A stretch of DNA of 64,000 bases from an archaeon (GTDB taxonomy: Archaea; Nanobdellota; Nanobdellia; Pacearchaeales; GW2011-AR1), in the NCBI GenBank assembly GCA_018693315.1, contig JABHLR010000005.1:11975-75974 (forward strand), read 5' to 3'. Both the position numbers and the translations under genes were made by a program. Of this stretch, positions 28,645 through 37,103 are shown piece after piece (within the stretch, counting starts at the first letter, position 1; each line of letters begins with the position of its first letter). The notes beneath the pieces were generated by a model, which worked only from the letters and a program-made list of their open reading frames with translations, ran no database searches and was not told the DNA's origin.

Positions 28645-30218
28645 GGTTGAAATTTTTAATATTGATAATATTTTTGGGATTAAGTATAACTCCGTTTGTT
28701 TTGGCGGAAGAAGTTAAGGTGAATGATGCATTTTATGTTTCTGCAAGTAATTTTGACAGTCTTAATACAAAAGAATATAGGCAATTTAAGAGGGAGCTTG
28801 AGTGGGAGGGGACTGTTCTTAAGGCTGAGAGAAAGTCGAAAATAATTGTTTATTTTTTAGATAGTTTTAATGAGGATGATATGGGGAAATTAGCTCAATC
28901 AAAATTTTCTGAATTTAAATTAGGGAAAGAAGGTCTTCCTGTTTTAAATTTATTAGTGTTTTATTCACTCAAGGAAAAGGAGATAAAAATTATTTATCCT
29001 GCAACTTGTGTATATGATCAGTCAAAATTGGATAATTTGGCAAAAGATACTGCAAGTAAAATGAAAGAATCTAAAGATTATTCTGAAATCGTTACATTGT
29101 TCAAGTCGCTGGCTGAAATTTCTATAGCTAAATTTGAAGATATAAAAGATCATCCCGTATTTAATTGCCCTGCTCCTGAAACCAGTAAATATAAAGTTAA
29201 AGAAATAAAAAAGGAGAATAAGAATTGTAAGCCTTTGTTTGAAAATGATAAATTTAATTCCTCTAGGTTAAAGATACAAATTTTAGGGAATAGTTTTGAT
29301 AATGAAAAAGAATTCAAGAATGCTATTGATAAATATGTTTTAAAAGAAGGATTCCAGAAAATAGAGCCATTCAAGAGCTACACGAAAAATGGCAAGGATG
29401 GCTTATTCCATTTTGTTTATGGGAATTATAATATTGAGGTCGATTTTGGTATGGATGAGGATTCTGAAGATAAAGTCAAGGCAATTACTGACGAGCTTTC
29501 CAAGTGTCCGAATGTGTTTTATACAATATTATTAAACGATAAGATATCTGGAAATTCCGGTGATCCTAATTATTTAAGACCTTTTTATAGACCCAATATG
29601 AAGACAAGCTTTAATACTCTTCGTGGATCAACAATTATGCATGAAACAGGTCATAGGTTTGAATTAGATGATGAATATCCTAGTGGCAATGCTATTAATG
29701 CTGAAATGAGTGAGGAGTTAGGGTCATTTCAATTATCTTGTTCAAGAAAGCCAGATGAACATTGGAAGCAAATTCTTGAGGAATTTGGGGAATATAGGTT
29801 TCGAACTTGTTCTGGAACAGATAAAGCATATAGATCTTCTTTTCAAAGTATCATGAGGCACTCAAAGGTATATAAAAAATTTAATTATTTAAGTTGTCTT
29901 TTTTTGGTTAGAGAATTTGAAAAAGTAGATTTAATTACAGATAAAAAAGTAAGCGATGTTTGTATGAATTTATATAATTCTGGAGAAATTCAACAACCAG
30001 AAGAAATTGCTAAAGAAGATAAGGACTATGAATTTTGTTTATTGGCCAAAAATATGTATGGACGGGATAATAAGAATTACGAAAATATTGATTGTAAAAA
30101 AATGTTAATAGAATGCTCAAAAATAGAAACTAATAATAATAAATTAAAATCGTGCGTACGGAGTAAATTCGATGAAATAGAAAAATTAATTTCGCAATAT
30201 GGAGGGATAACTAATTAA
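28641..30218 (+). CDS. Secreted zinc metallopeptidase (M64-like zincin)
   Basis: Signal peptide; EPFKSY; HETGHRFELDDEY (HExxH..L.DEY); YRSSFQSIMR Met-turn-like. Confidence 0.75.
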   Translation: MRLKFLILIIFLGLSITPFVLAEEVKVNDAFYVSASNFDSLNTKEYRQFKRELEWEGTVLKAERKSKIIVYFLDSFNEDDMGKLAQSKFSEFKLGKEGLPVLNLLVFYSLKEKEIKIIYPATCVYDQSKLDNLAKDTASKMKESKDYSEIVTLFKSLAEISIAKFEDIKDHPVFNCPAPETSKYKVKEIKKENKNCKPLFENDKFNSSRLKIQILGNSFDNEKEFKNAIDKYVLKEGFQKIEPFKSYTKNGKDGLFHFVYGNYNIEVDFGMDEDSEDKVKAITDELSKCPNVFYTILLNDKISGNSGDPNYLRPFYRPNMKTSFNTLRGSTIMHETGHRFELDDEYPSGNAINAEMSEELGSFQLSCSRKPDEHWKQILEEFGEYRFRTCSGTDKAYRSSFQSIMRHSKVYKKFNYLSCLFLVREFEKVDLITDKKVSDVCMNLYNSGEIQQPEEIAKEDKDYEFCLLAKNMYGRDNKNYENIDCKKMLIECSKIETNNNKLKSCVRSKFDEIEKLISQYGGITN

Positions 30219-30220
30219 AA

Positions 30221-30799
30221 ATGGATAAAAACAAATTTATTTTTTTGTTTATTGTGATAGGTTTATCCTTAAGCTTAGTTAGTGCAATTGAAAGCGAACA
30301 GACTTATGTTTTTAGAGTTGTAAAAGATGGGCTTTATGTTTCTCCAGTAAGTTTAGATTTGTTTGATTCTCCATTTAGTGAACAATCAAATTTGAATAAG
30401 GGAGAATATCATGCAGATTTGGTTAGTAATGAAAAAGTTTTGTATTCTCTTAAATTTGATTTGTATTCTTTGAGTATGACGAATCCTACTGAAGAGTGTT
30501 TTGAAAATCCCGAAGATGTTTCATGCCAGGAAGATTTGTATATTTATGATTATGCTAATGCGGATGTTATATTGAATTTTCCTTATTATAAAAGTGCTAA
30601 TGCAATAAATGTTTACAATGAGAATGGGCTTATTTTTAGGTTTGATTTTGAGAATGAGACTACTGGTTTCTTTATGCAATATTGGTATTATTTCGTTGCG
30701 GGAGTTATTTTACTCGTTGTGATTGTCTTTTTACTGAAGAGGAAGAAAAATCCTACTTTGCAAAATCAGAGGTTTAAACAAACTCCTCGATATAATTAA
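30221..30799 (+). CDS. Secreted protein with C-terminal TM anchor and basic tail
   Basis: Signal peptide; YWYYFVAGVILLVVIVFLLKRKK. Confidence 0.7.
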   Translation: MDKNKFIFLFIVIGLSLSLVSAIESEQTYVFRVVKDGLYVSPVSLDLFDSPFSEQSNLNKGEYHADLVSNEKVLYSLKFDLYSLSMTNPTEECFENPEDVSCQEDLYIYDYANADVILNFPYYKSANAINVYNENGLIFRFDFENETTGFFMQYWYYFVAGVILLVVIVFLLKRKKNPTLQNQRFKQTPRYN

Positions 30800-30873
30800 A
30801 GAAGAGTGCCTTATTCCTATTTAGTAGTAACAATTAGAAAGGTTTATATAACATTATTTTCTACGTATTTAAC

Positions 30874-31455
30874 ATGGAGATTATAAAATGGAAGGATATA
30901 ATTGAAGATGATAATTTATCTGGAGAACTTTATAAGAGGGTGCGCTCCCCGAAATTTGTAGATAAAATAATTAGGGAGTATGGCGCCTTTCCAGAGGGCG
31001 AATATAGTTCAGACCTTAGGTTGTGGTTGGCTTCAAAGTTTTATGCTCAGATTAACCCAGCTTATCAGGTTTTAAACGGAAATGTTTCCCAAAAAAGAAT
31101 ACTAGACCTTGGTTGTGGTTCATCCAGCGGTACTTACGAATCTGAAAAATTTGATCCAAAAATGTATGAGCCTTGGTTTTGCAGGGTATTTAAAGAACTA
31201 GGTGCAAATCCCGTTGGAATTGATATCGGAAACCTTAATGAAGAGAAATTTGAACATTACACTGCAAATCTTCTATTACCTGATTCACTTGATTTTCTTG
31301 AAAATAATTCTATAGATGTTGTAACTGCAGACTTATTGTATAATTCTCCAACCCTTGAACAAATGCGTGGTTTTGGAGACTTAAGAGAATTATTGCTTCC
31401 TCAATTAGAGAGAATTGTAAAACCAGATGGATTTTTTGTAGAAGGATCATGGTGA
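30874..31455 (+). CDS. Class I SAM-dependent methyltransferase-like protein
   Basis: ILDLGCGS motif I, VGIDI, SIDVV, RIVKPDG. Confidence 0.8.
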   Translation: MEIIKWKDIIEDDNLSGELYKRVRSPKFVDKIIREYGAFPEGEYSSDLRLWLASKFYAQINPAYQVLNGNVSQKRILDLGCGSSSGTYESEKFDPKMYEPWFCRVFKELGANPVGIDIGNLNEEKFEHYTANLLLPDSLDFLENNSIDVVTADLLYNSPTLEQMRGFGDLRELLLPQLERIVKPDGFFVEGSW

Positions 31456-31473
31456 GGGTTTATCAATAAAATA

Positions 31474-31614
31474 TCATTTCCCCTTAGAATAACCAGCACT
31501 TTTCAACTTATTCTTAGAACACTTATAGCAAATTCTCGATGACTTTGAAATTGTACGAAAAGGCTCGTTGCATCGGTTACATACTCTTTGATAATCTTTA
31601 AGTTTCTCTGCCAT
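31474..31614 (-). CDS. 46-aa Zn-finger microprotein (not in ORF track)
   Basis: MAEKLKDYQRVCNRCNEPFRTISKSSRICYKCSKNKLKSAGYSKGK*; two CxxC; TATA-like TTTAATAA ~20 nt upstream. Confidence 0.6.
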   Translation of the reverse strand: MAEKLKDYQRVCNRCNEPFRTISKSSRICYKCSKNKLKSAGYSKGK

Positions 31615-31732
31615 ATAAAGATGGAGGATTATTTTATTAAATAGTTTTCTACCTGCTTCTTGTTTTGTTCAGAAGCTATTCGGGGGTTGTAGATATGATT
31701 AATTTTATAAGCCCCGCAATCCTCCAGTTCCC

Positions 31733-31942
31733 ATGCCAAAACTACTAACAAAATCCAACTACCTTTTGGGCTTACAATGCTCGAGATTATTGTGGGTAGC
31801 GAAGAACGATAAGCAGAGAATTCCAGAGCCGGATTATTCTGCGAAGCATAATTTCAAGATGGGAGATATTATTGGAGTTTTAGCCACAAAGGTTTTCCCT
31901 GATGGAGTCGACCTTGTGGATTTGGGTTTTATGGAGAATTAA
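31733..31942 (+). pseudogene. Truncated N-terminus of a DUF2779-associated (Cas4/PD-(D/E)xK-like) protein
   Basis: LTKSNYLLGLQCSRLLW..F.MG..IG.LA...FPDG matches the N-terminus of that family; stops after 69 aa. Confidence 0.6.
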
Positions 31943-31995
31943 CGAAAAATTAGGCATAGAAAACCTTATAAATAATCACATATTAATAATATTAA

Positions 31996-32043
31996 CATGC
32001 TCCCTATTGATCTCCGGGTCAATAGATGATTTTTTCTTTTTTT
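31996..32043 (+). ncRNA. Candidate small RNA: single cUCCGg hairpin with own TATA box and U-tract
   Basis: TATA TTATAAAT at 31966; stem CTATTGATC-TCCG-GGTCAATAG (32004-32025); T-tract 32030-32043; NYN has a separate TATA at 32062. Confidence 0.45.
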
Positions 32044-32091
32044 ATTCTATTATTAACAATATTTTATAAAAGTTGATTTCCTGTTTCATTT

Positions 32092-32697
32092 ATGGAAAAA
32101 TGTATCGTAATGATTGATGCAGGATTTTTATCTAAGGTTAGTCGCGAATTGGGGGATGGACATTATTTTAAATATGATTTATTGAAATTTTCCAAAAATC
32201 TTTGTGGTAATTTAGAATTTGTATTTAAACATCTATTTTTTTATAATGCTCCACCATATCAGAGTACTAATCCAAACGAAGGTCAGAAGAAGAGAAAGGA
32301 AGAGTATGATTCTTTTGTTAGTAAGTTGGTTATAGATGATTTTGTTACGATTAAGGAGGGAAGGTGTCAAAGATTGAGAGTAGGGGGAAGATATATTTAC
32401 AAGCAAAAGGGTGTTGATACGCTTCTTACGATGGGGCTAATGGATATCCCAATAAAATATCCTAAGATAAAACAAGTTATTTTAATTGCTAGTGATAGTG
32501 ATTTCGTTCCAGTTATCGAGAGATTGAAGGATTTGGGAATTAAAGTTATATTATTTACTTATTTTAATAGAGTTCGAAATTCTAATTTTTCCAGATCAAA
32601 TGATTTGATTAAATCTGTTAGCAGATATGTTAAGTTAAAAAAAGAGGATTTTGAAGGGTGTAAGTTCTTCGAAAACCATTCAAGTATTTTTAAATAA
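32092..32697 (+). CDS. NYN domain (LabA/DUF88, PIN-like) ribonuclease
   Basis: VMIDAGFL, FFYNAPP, KQKGVDTLL, ILIASDSDFVPVIERLKDLGIKV, SNDL. Confidence 0.92.
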   Translation: MEKCIVMIDAGFLSKVSRELGDGHYFKYDLLKFSKNLCGNLEFVFKHLFFYNAPPYQSTNPNEGQKKRKEEYDSFVSKLVIDDFVTIKEGRCQRLRVGGRYIYKQKGVDTLLTMGLMDIPIKYPKIKQVILIASDSDFVPVIERLKDLGIKVILFTYFNRVRNSNFSRSNDLIKSVSRYVKLKKEDFEGCKFFENHSSIFK

Positions 32698-32699
32698 AT

Positions 32700-32790
32700 T
32701 AAAAAAAAGTGGAAGGAAAATAACCGAAGTTATAATCCAACCGAATTTTTTAACCGAAGTTAAAAAATTATCCAACCGAAGTTGAATAAT
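32700..32790 (-). ncRNA. Candidate ~90-nt small RNA made of three cUUCGg hairpins, convergent on NYN
   Basis: Minus strand: TATA TTTAAATA (32816-32809), then ATTATTCAAC-TTCG-GTTGGATAAT, TTTTTTAAC-TTCG-GTTAAAAAA, ATAAC-TTCG-GTTAT, then T8 (32708-32701). Confidence 0.6.
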
Positions 32791-32897
32791 ATATGATAGT
32801 ATATTTAGTATTTAAAGGTTTTGGTGGTGGATTAGTTTTATAAAGTAGGGGAGGTGTAATGGTGTAATGGTATATTGGTGTAATGGTGGGAGCTTGT

Positions 32898-33203
32898 ATG
32901 GGTGATATTTTGGTGAAGGTTCATGAGTCTTATCGTTGGGTTGTGGCTGTTTGTGATGAGGATATTTTTGGTCGGAAATTGGTTGAAGGTAAGAGGGTTT
33001 TGGACGTGAGTGGTGAGTTTTTTAACGGGGAGAAGATGAGCGAGGATGAGGCTGTTGCTGAGATTATTCGGTGTAATCGTGAGGATGCGACTTTTAATTT
33101 TGTTGGTGAGGAATCTGTTGATCTTGCGAAGAGGCTTGGGATTGTGAAAGATGAGGGGATTGTTTTGATTGAGGGTGTGCCGTTTGCTTTGGTGTTATTG
33201 TAA
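32898..33203 (+). CDS. DUF424 family protein
   Basis: VVAVCDEDIFG..LDVSGEFFNG..ATFNFVGEESV..IEGVPFA. Confidence 0.88.
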   Translation: MGDILVKVHESYRWVVAVCDEDIFGRKLVEGKRVLDVSGEFFNGEKMSEDEAVAEIIRCNREDATFNFVGEESVDLAKRLGIVKDEGIVLIEGVPFALVLL

Positions 33204-33235
33204 GGTTTTATAAATGAAATTCTTGTAAGTGTTTT

Positions 33236-33592
33236 ATGGCGTTTAGTAAGTTTAAGGATAAGACGAAGAAGAATAAGGCGAAGGTTTTTGTGCCGGGGCA
33301 TGAGGGTCCTGTTAGAGTTAAGTTGCCTAATTCGAAGGAAGTAATCGGGATTATAACGCAGAGATGTGGTGGTTCGAGGATGCAGGTTTCGTGTATGGAT
33401 GGGAAGACTCGGAATTGTAGGGTGCCTGGAAGGAAGAGAAGAGGGCTTTGGTTGAGGGAAGGAGATGCTATAATTATTGAGCCGTGGGAGTTTGATGATG
33501 ATAAGGGAGATGTTCTGTTTAAATATACTGAAAATCAGGTGAGGAAGCTTAAGGAAATGGGTAAGTTAGATACTGATGCTAGTGAGTTCTGA
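33236..33592 (+). CDS. eif1a: Translation initiation factor aIF-1A
   Basis: GGSRMQVSCMDGKTRNCRVPGR..LWLREGD.III.PWEF..KGD. Confidence 0.95.
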   Translation: MAFSKFKDKTKKNKAKVFVPGHEGPVRVKLPNSKEVIGIITQRCGGSRMQVSCMDGKTRNCRVPGRKRRGLWLREGDAIIIEPWEFDDDKGDVLFKYTENQVRKLKEMGKLDTDASEF

Positions 33593-34110
33593 TGAGAAAT
33601 GTTATTGTTGAAAATATGAATAAGGTCAAGAAGGCTGTGCCTGTGATTGAGAATTCTGTGAAGGTTAAGATTGGTTTTGGGAAGGGTAGTGTTAGATTGA
33701 AGGGGAGTGAGTTGAATGAATATTTGATTGAGAAGGTTGTGCAGGCTGTTGATTTTGGTTTTGACGTTGAGGATGCTTTGTTGTTGAAGGATGAGAAGTT
33801 TATTTTGGAGTTTATTGGGGTTAGAGAGCATACTCACCGGAAGAACTTGAAGGATGTTCGGTCGAGGTTGATTGGGACTGGCGGAAAGGCGAGGAAGACG
33901 ATTGAGAAGTTGACTGGGTCTGTGATTGTGATTCATGATAATAAAGTTGGTGTGATTACCGACGCTGATCATTTAGATGCTGTGACTCAGGCGATTGAGA
34001 ATTTGATTCGTGGGGCTAAGCATGGGAATGTTTTTGCGTATTTGGAGAAGCAGAATATTGCTAGGAATAGGTTTGATGAGGAAGATTTGGGGTTGAGGGA
34101 TGAGGAGTAG
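33592..34110 (+). CDS. KH-domain rRNA processing protein (Dim2/Pno1)
   Basis: AVDFGF..DALLL; RLIGTGGKARKTIE; LIRGAKHGNVFAYLE. Confidence 0.9.
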   Translation: MRNVIVENMNKVKKAVPVIENSVKVKIGFGKGSVRLKGSELNEYLIEKVVQAVDFGFDVEDALLLKDEKFILEFIGVREHTHRKNLKDVRSRLIGTGGKARKTIEKLTGSVIVIHDNKVGVITDADHLDAVTQAIENLIRGAKHGNVFAYLEKQNIARNRFDEEDLGLRDEE

Positions 34111-34146
34111 TTAGTTTTATATATGCTTTTTCTGATAGTTGTTTAT

Positions 34147-34219
34147 GCTTCGGTAGCTCAGCAGGTAGAGCGCACGGCTGTTAACCGTGATGTCGGAGGT
34201 TCGAGTCCTCTCCGAAGCG
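34147..34219 (+). tRNA. tRNA-Asn (GTT)
   Basis: Cloverleaf: GCTTCGG/CCGAAGC acceptor, CACGG-CTGTTAA-CCGTG anticodon arm, GGAGG-TTCGAGT-CCTCT T arm; CCA not encoded. Confidence 0.95.
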
Positions 34220-34491
34220 TTCCGCTTAGGGCGTAGAGTACCGAACCTGAGGTTCCCACAAGGACTACCTTCGCTTCGCTTGGCATGATTCTTTTTTGAA
34301 ATTTAATCTAGCGTAAATTAAAATTGGTTATTTGTGTGTTATTTGTGTGTTTTTGTTGGAAAATAGTGTTGTTATTCCATAATTAGACAGAATGTTTATA
34401 AAGAAACCACCATTTGGTATAGTGTTCTGATGTGAAAATTGGAAAGGTTTAAAAGTGAGAATTTGAGCAACTCGGGTTCTTGGGAATTAAA

Positions 34492-35436
34492 ATGGCAGAT
34501 AAAGAATATATAATAGGAGAAAATCAGAGATCGACAGTGTCGGAGGGCCCTGGAATTGTAAGCATATTGACCTTGAACAGGTTGGGTTTGACGAAGAAGG
34601 CAGTTGATTCGATTTTGAAAAATAGCAGAGGAGATTTTAGGATTGTTTTTTTAGATAATGGGTCTACTGACGGGACTCTTGAATATTTGGATGAGTTAAA
34701 GTTGATGTATCCTTCTTTGGTGGATGTTTTGAAGAGTGATATTAATTTGGGTGTTGCCAAAGGTAGGAATAAAATCTTTGAATATGTTCTTGATAAGTAC
34801 GGAGATAATTTTAAGTGGGTGTTGAGTCTTGATAATGATTGCACGGTTCATGAGGGATATGATATGGCGTTGACGAATTGTATTAATGAAACTGGGGCAT
34901 GGGCAGTGTGTCCTCGATTAATTCAGCCAGATGGTAAAATTTTTCATGATGCCCATAATGGGTTTTTGATTGATTTGAATGAGATGAGATTGAAGTTGGA
35001 GTATGGTGGTAGCGTGTCTATGAGTTATGATGACCCCAAGGTTTCTCAGCGGATTGAGACAGATGTTATATTGGGAACTAGTGCGAAGACTCCTAAGTTT
35101 TTGAAGAATGTTGGATTTTACGACGAGGGCCATAAAATTGGATGGGAAGATTTTGCTATTGCCCTGAAGGCTTTTGGGTTGACTGGAGATAGTTTTTCTG
35201 TATGGAGAGATCAGGATAAACACAATGGGGAGGATTGGGTTCCTTTGAGAAAGTTGGCTGATGGAAATACTTCTGGTGTGAACGTAGTGTATGAGCCGGG
35301 GTGTATGATTACTCATGATCATCCAATTGTGACTGAGGCAGATGAGGCCTATGAAAAGGTGAGGTGGGATTCTGAGGTGATTGAAGAGAGTACGGATCAT
35401 TTTGAGAAGACGTGGGGAGTTCGACCGGTATTGTAG
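34492..35436 (+). CDS. Glycosyltransferase family 2
   Basis: SILTLNR, FLDNGSTDGT, NLGVAKGRN, LDND (DxD), GFYDE..WED. Confidence 0.88.
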   Translation: MADKEYIIGENQRSTVSEGPGIVSILTLNRLGLTKKAVDSILKNSRGDFRIVFLDNGSTDGTLEYLDELKLMYPSLVDVLKSDINLGVAKGRNKIFEYVLDKYGDNFKWVLSLDNDCTVHEGYDMALTNCINETGAWAVCPRLIQPDGKIFHDAHNGFLIDLNEMRLKLEYGGSVSMSYDDPKVSQRIETDVILGTSAKTPKFLKNVGFYDEGHKIGWEDFAIALKAFGLTGDSFSVWRDQDKHNGEDWVPLRKLADGNTSGVNVVYEPGCMITHDHPIVTEADEAYEKVRWDSEVIEESTDHFEKTWGVRPVL

Positions 35437-35449
35437 TTGGTATTCTAAG

Positions 35450-36421
35450 ATGGCGCGAAAATTTGATGACGGTATAAAAGTTCTTGCATATGGAGATGTT
35501 TCTAAATTGAAGGCGACTATGAATAGGCATTTTCTTCATCAACTAGAAGCTGTTTCAGATGAGGTTACTCAGGCACCGAGCACAATTAATGAATTGAATA
35601 AGTATGTTCGTGATGGCGATTTTACTCATGTGGTGGTACCTGATGAGTGGTTTCATAAACTAGATGGAACGTTGAGTGGATGTGAGGTTCCTGTGGTGGA
35701 GTTGTTGGGAGATCATTGGGTTCCGTGGGCTATTGATAAAAAGAAAAAATATATGGACAATAATGGGATTCGACAGGCGATTGTTTTTTCTGATAGATTT
35801 CAGGAACAGTATAGAGGATTGGTTGATATGCACTGTGTGTTGACAGGGTATGACTCTCCTGTTTTTCAGAATAAAAATAGGAAGAGAGATATTGATATTT
35901 TGATTCATGGTTCTTTGGGTGATGATACGCACAAATGGGTTTATCCGGTTAGGAATTGGCTATCTGAGATTTTACCTGAAATTGGAGAGAAAGAGGGTCT
36001 TAATGTAGAGAGGTTGGATCATCCGGGCTACTGGCCTGATGGCGAAAGGCCCAAGGGAGGTTTTACAGGAATGTATTCTGATATGTTGAATAGATCTAAA
36101 ATAGCTATCGGTGGCTCGAGCCACTGGAGGCTTCCATTAAAAAAGTTTTATGAAGTTTCTGCTTGTGGGGCTATTTTGTTGAGCGATCTACCCTTAGAAG
36201 ATAAGGCTTTTTTTGAGGCTAGGGTGATTGGGATTGATCCTAAGAGGACTGGGTCTCGGGGGAGCGAGGATGCACTTAGGAGAACTCTTGTCGATACTTT
36301 AGAGAATTATGATGCGGTGAAAGGTAGGCTTCAGCCATTTAGGTCTGAGCAAGATCGCTTTGATAGAAGTTATGAGGGAAGGGCTTTGGAGATGAGAGCT
36401 GTTCTTGCAGGTATAAAATGA
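35450..36421 (+). CDS. GT-B glycosyltransferase (CgeB/Glyco_trans_1_2-like)
   Basis: R.IDI..HGS..YP.R; YSDMLNRSKI..KFYEVSACGAILLSD. Confidence 0.75.
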   Translation: MARKFDDGIKVLAYGDVSKLKATMNRHFLHQLEAVSDEVTQAPSTINELNKYVRDGDFTHVVVPDEWFHKLDGTLSGCEVPVVELLGDHWVPWAIDKKKKYMDNNGIRQAIVFSDRFQEQYRGLVDMHCVLTGYDSPVFQNKNRKRDIDILIHGSLGDDTHKWVYPVRNWLSEILPEIGEKEGLNVERLDHPGYWPDGERPKGGFTGMYSDMLNRSKIAIGGSSHWRLPLKKFYEVSACGAILLSDLPLEDKAFFEARVIGIDPKRTGSRGSEDALRRTLVDTLENYDAVKGRLQPFRSEQDRFDRSYEGRALEMRAVLAGIK

Positions 36422-36460
36422 ATCCCAATAATTTATAAAGTTCTTCTGGTAAGTTATTTT

Positions 36461-37027
36461 ATGCAATTAAAAGATGCGATTGAGTCGAGGAAAAGTGTGA
36501 AGCGGTTTCATCACAAGAAGCCGAATTGGCGGAAGATTATCAAGGCTATTGATGCCGTTAGGTTTGCGCCGAGTGCGGGAAATCAGTTTGTGACGAAATT
36601 TATTTTGGTTAGTGATGAGAAAAAAATTGCTGAGTTGGCTAAGGCGTCGCAGCAGAGTTTTATTGGAGAGGCTCAATATGTTGTCGTTGCTGTTTCGGAT
36701 GATTCTAGTTTGGTTAGGGATTTCGGCGAGAGGGGAGTTAGGTATACTGCGCAGCAGGCTGGAGCGGCGATTGAGAATTTTTTGTTGGCTTTGACTGAGC
36801 AGAAATTAGTGACGACTTGGGTTGGGCATTTTTATGATGATCAGGTTCGGAGGACGTTGAAGATTCCTGAGGGTTTGCATATTGAGGCTATGTTTCCGAT
36901 TGGGATTGAGACGAAGATTAAGACGACGCCGAAGAGGCAGAGGAAACTGGATGGGATTATTAATTTTGATAAGTATGGGGAGAAAAAAATGACTCCTGGG
37001 CTTAAGTTGAGTCGTAGTGCAGTATAA
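36461..37027 (+). CDS. Nitroreductase family protein
   Basis: AIESRKSVKRF, APSAGNQ, AAIENFLLALT..L.TTWVG. Confidence 0.9.
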   Translation: MQLKDAIESRKSVKRFHHKKPNWRKIIKAIDAVRFAPSAGNQFVTKFILVSDEKKIAELAKASQQSFIGEAQYVVVAVSDDSSLVRDFGERGVRYTAQQAGAAIENFLLALTEQKLVTTWVGHFYDDQVRRTLKIPEGLHIEAMFPIGIETKIKTTPKRQRKLDGIINFDKYGEKKMTPGLKLSRSAV

Positions 37028-37049
37028 TTTCTGTTGGAAATAATGTTAA

Positions 37050-37070
37050 TCCTCCGCGAAATGCGGAGGA
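37050..37070. terminator. GC-rich hairpin between convergent nitroreductase and ftsZ
   Basis: TCCTCCGC-gaaat-GCGGAGGA followed by A-tracts (T-tracts on the ftsZ strand). Confidence 0.6.
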
Positions 37071-37103
37071 AGAATAAAAATAAAATAAAAAACTAATTTG
37101 TGC

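Noticed and set aside
32720-32784. Mini CRISPR array or iterons
   Set aside because: Repeats are only ~10 nt with irregular 3-12 nt gaps and there are no cas or rep genes; hairpin RNA explains them better.
32855-32888. GGTGTAAT tandem repeats upstream of DUF424
   Set aside because: Short low-complexity duplication with no supportable function.
34220-36421. Integrated element at tRNA-Asn
   Set aside because: No duplicated tRNA 3' end and no integrase found.
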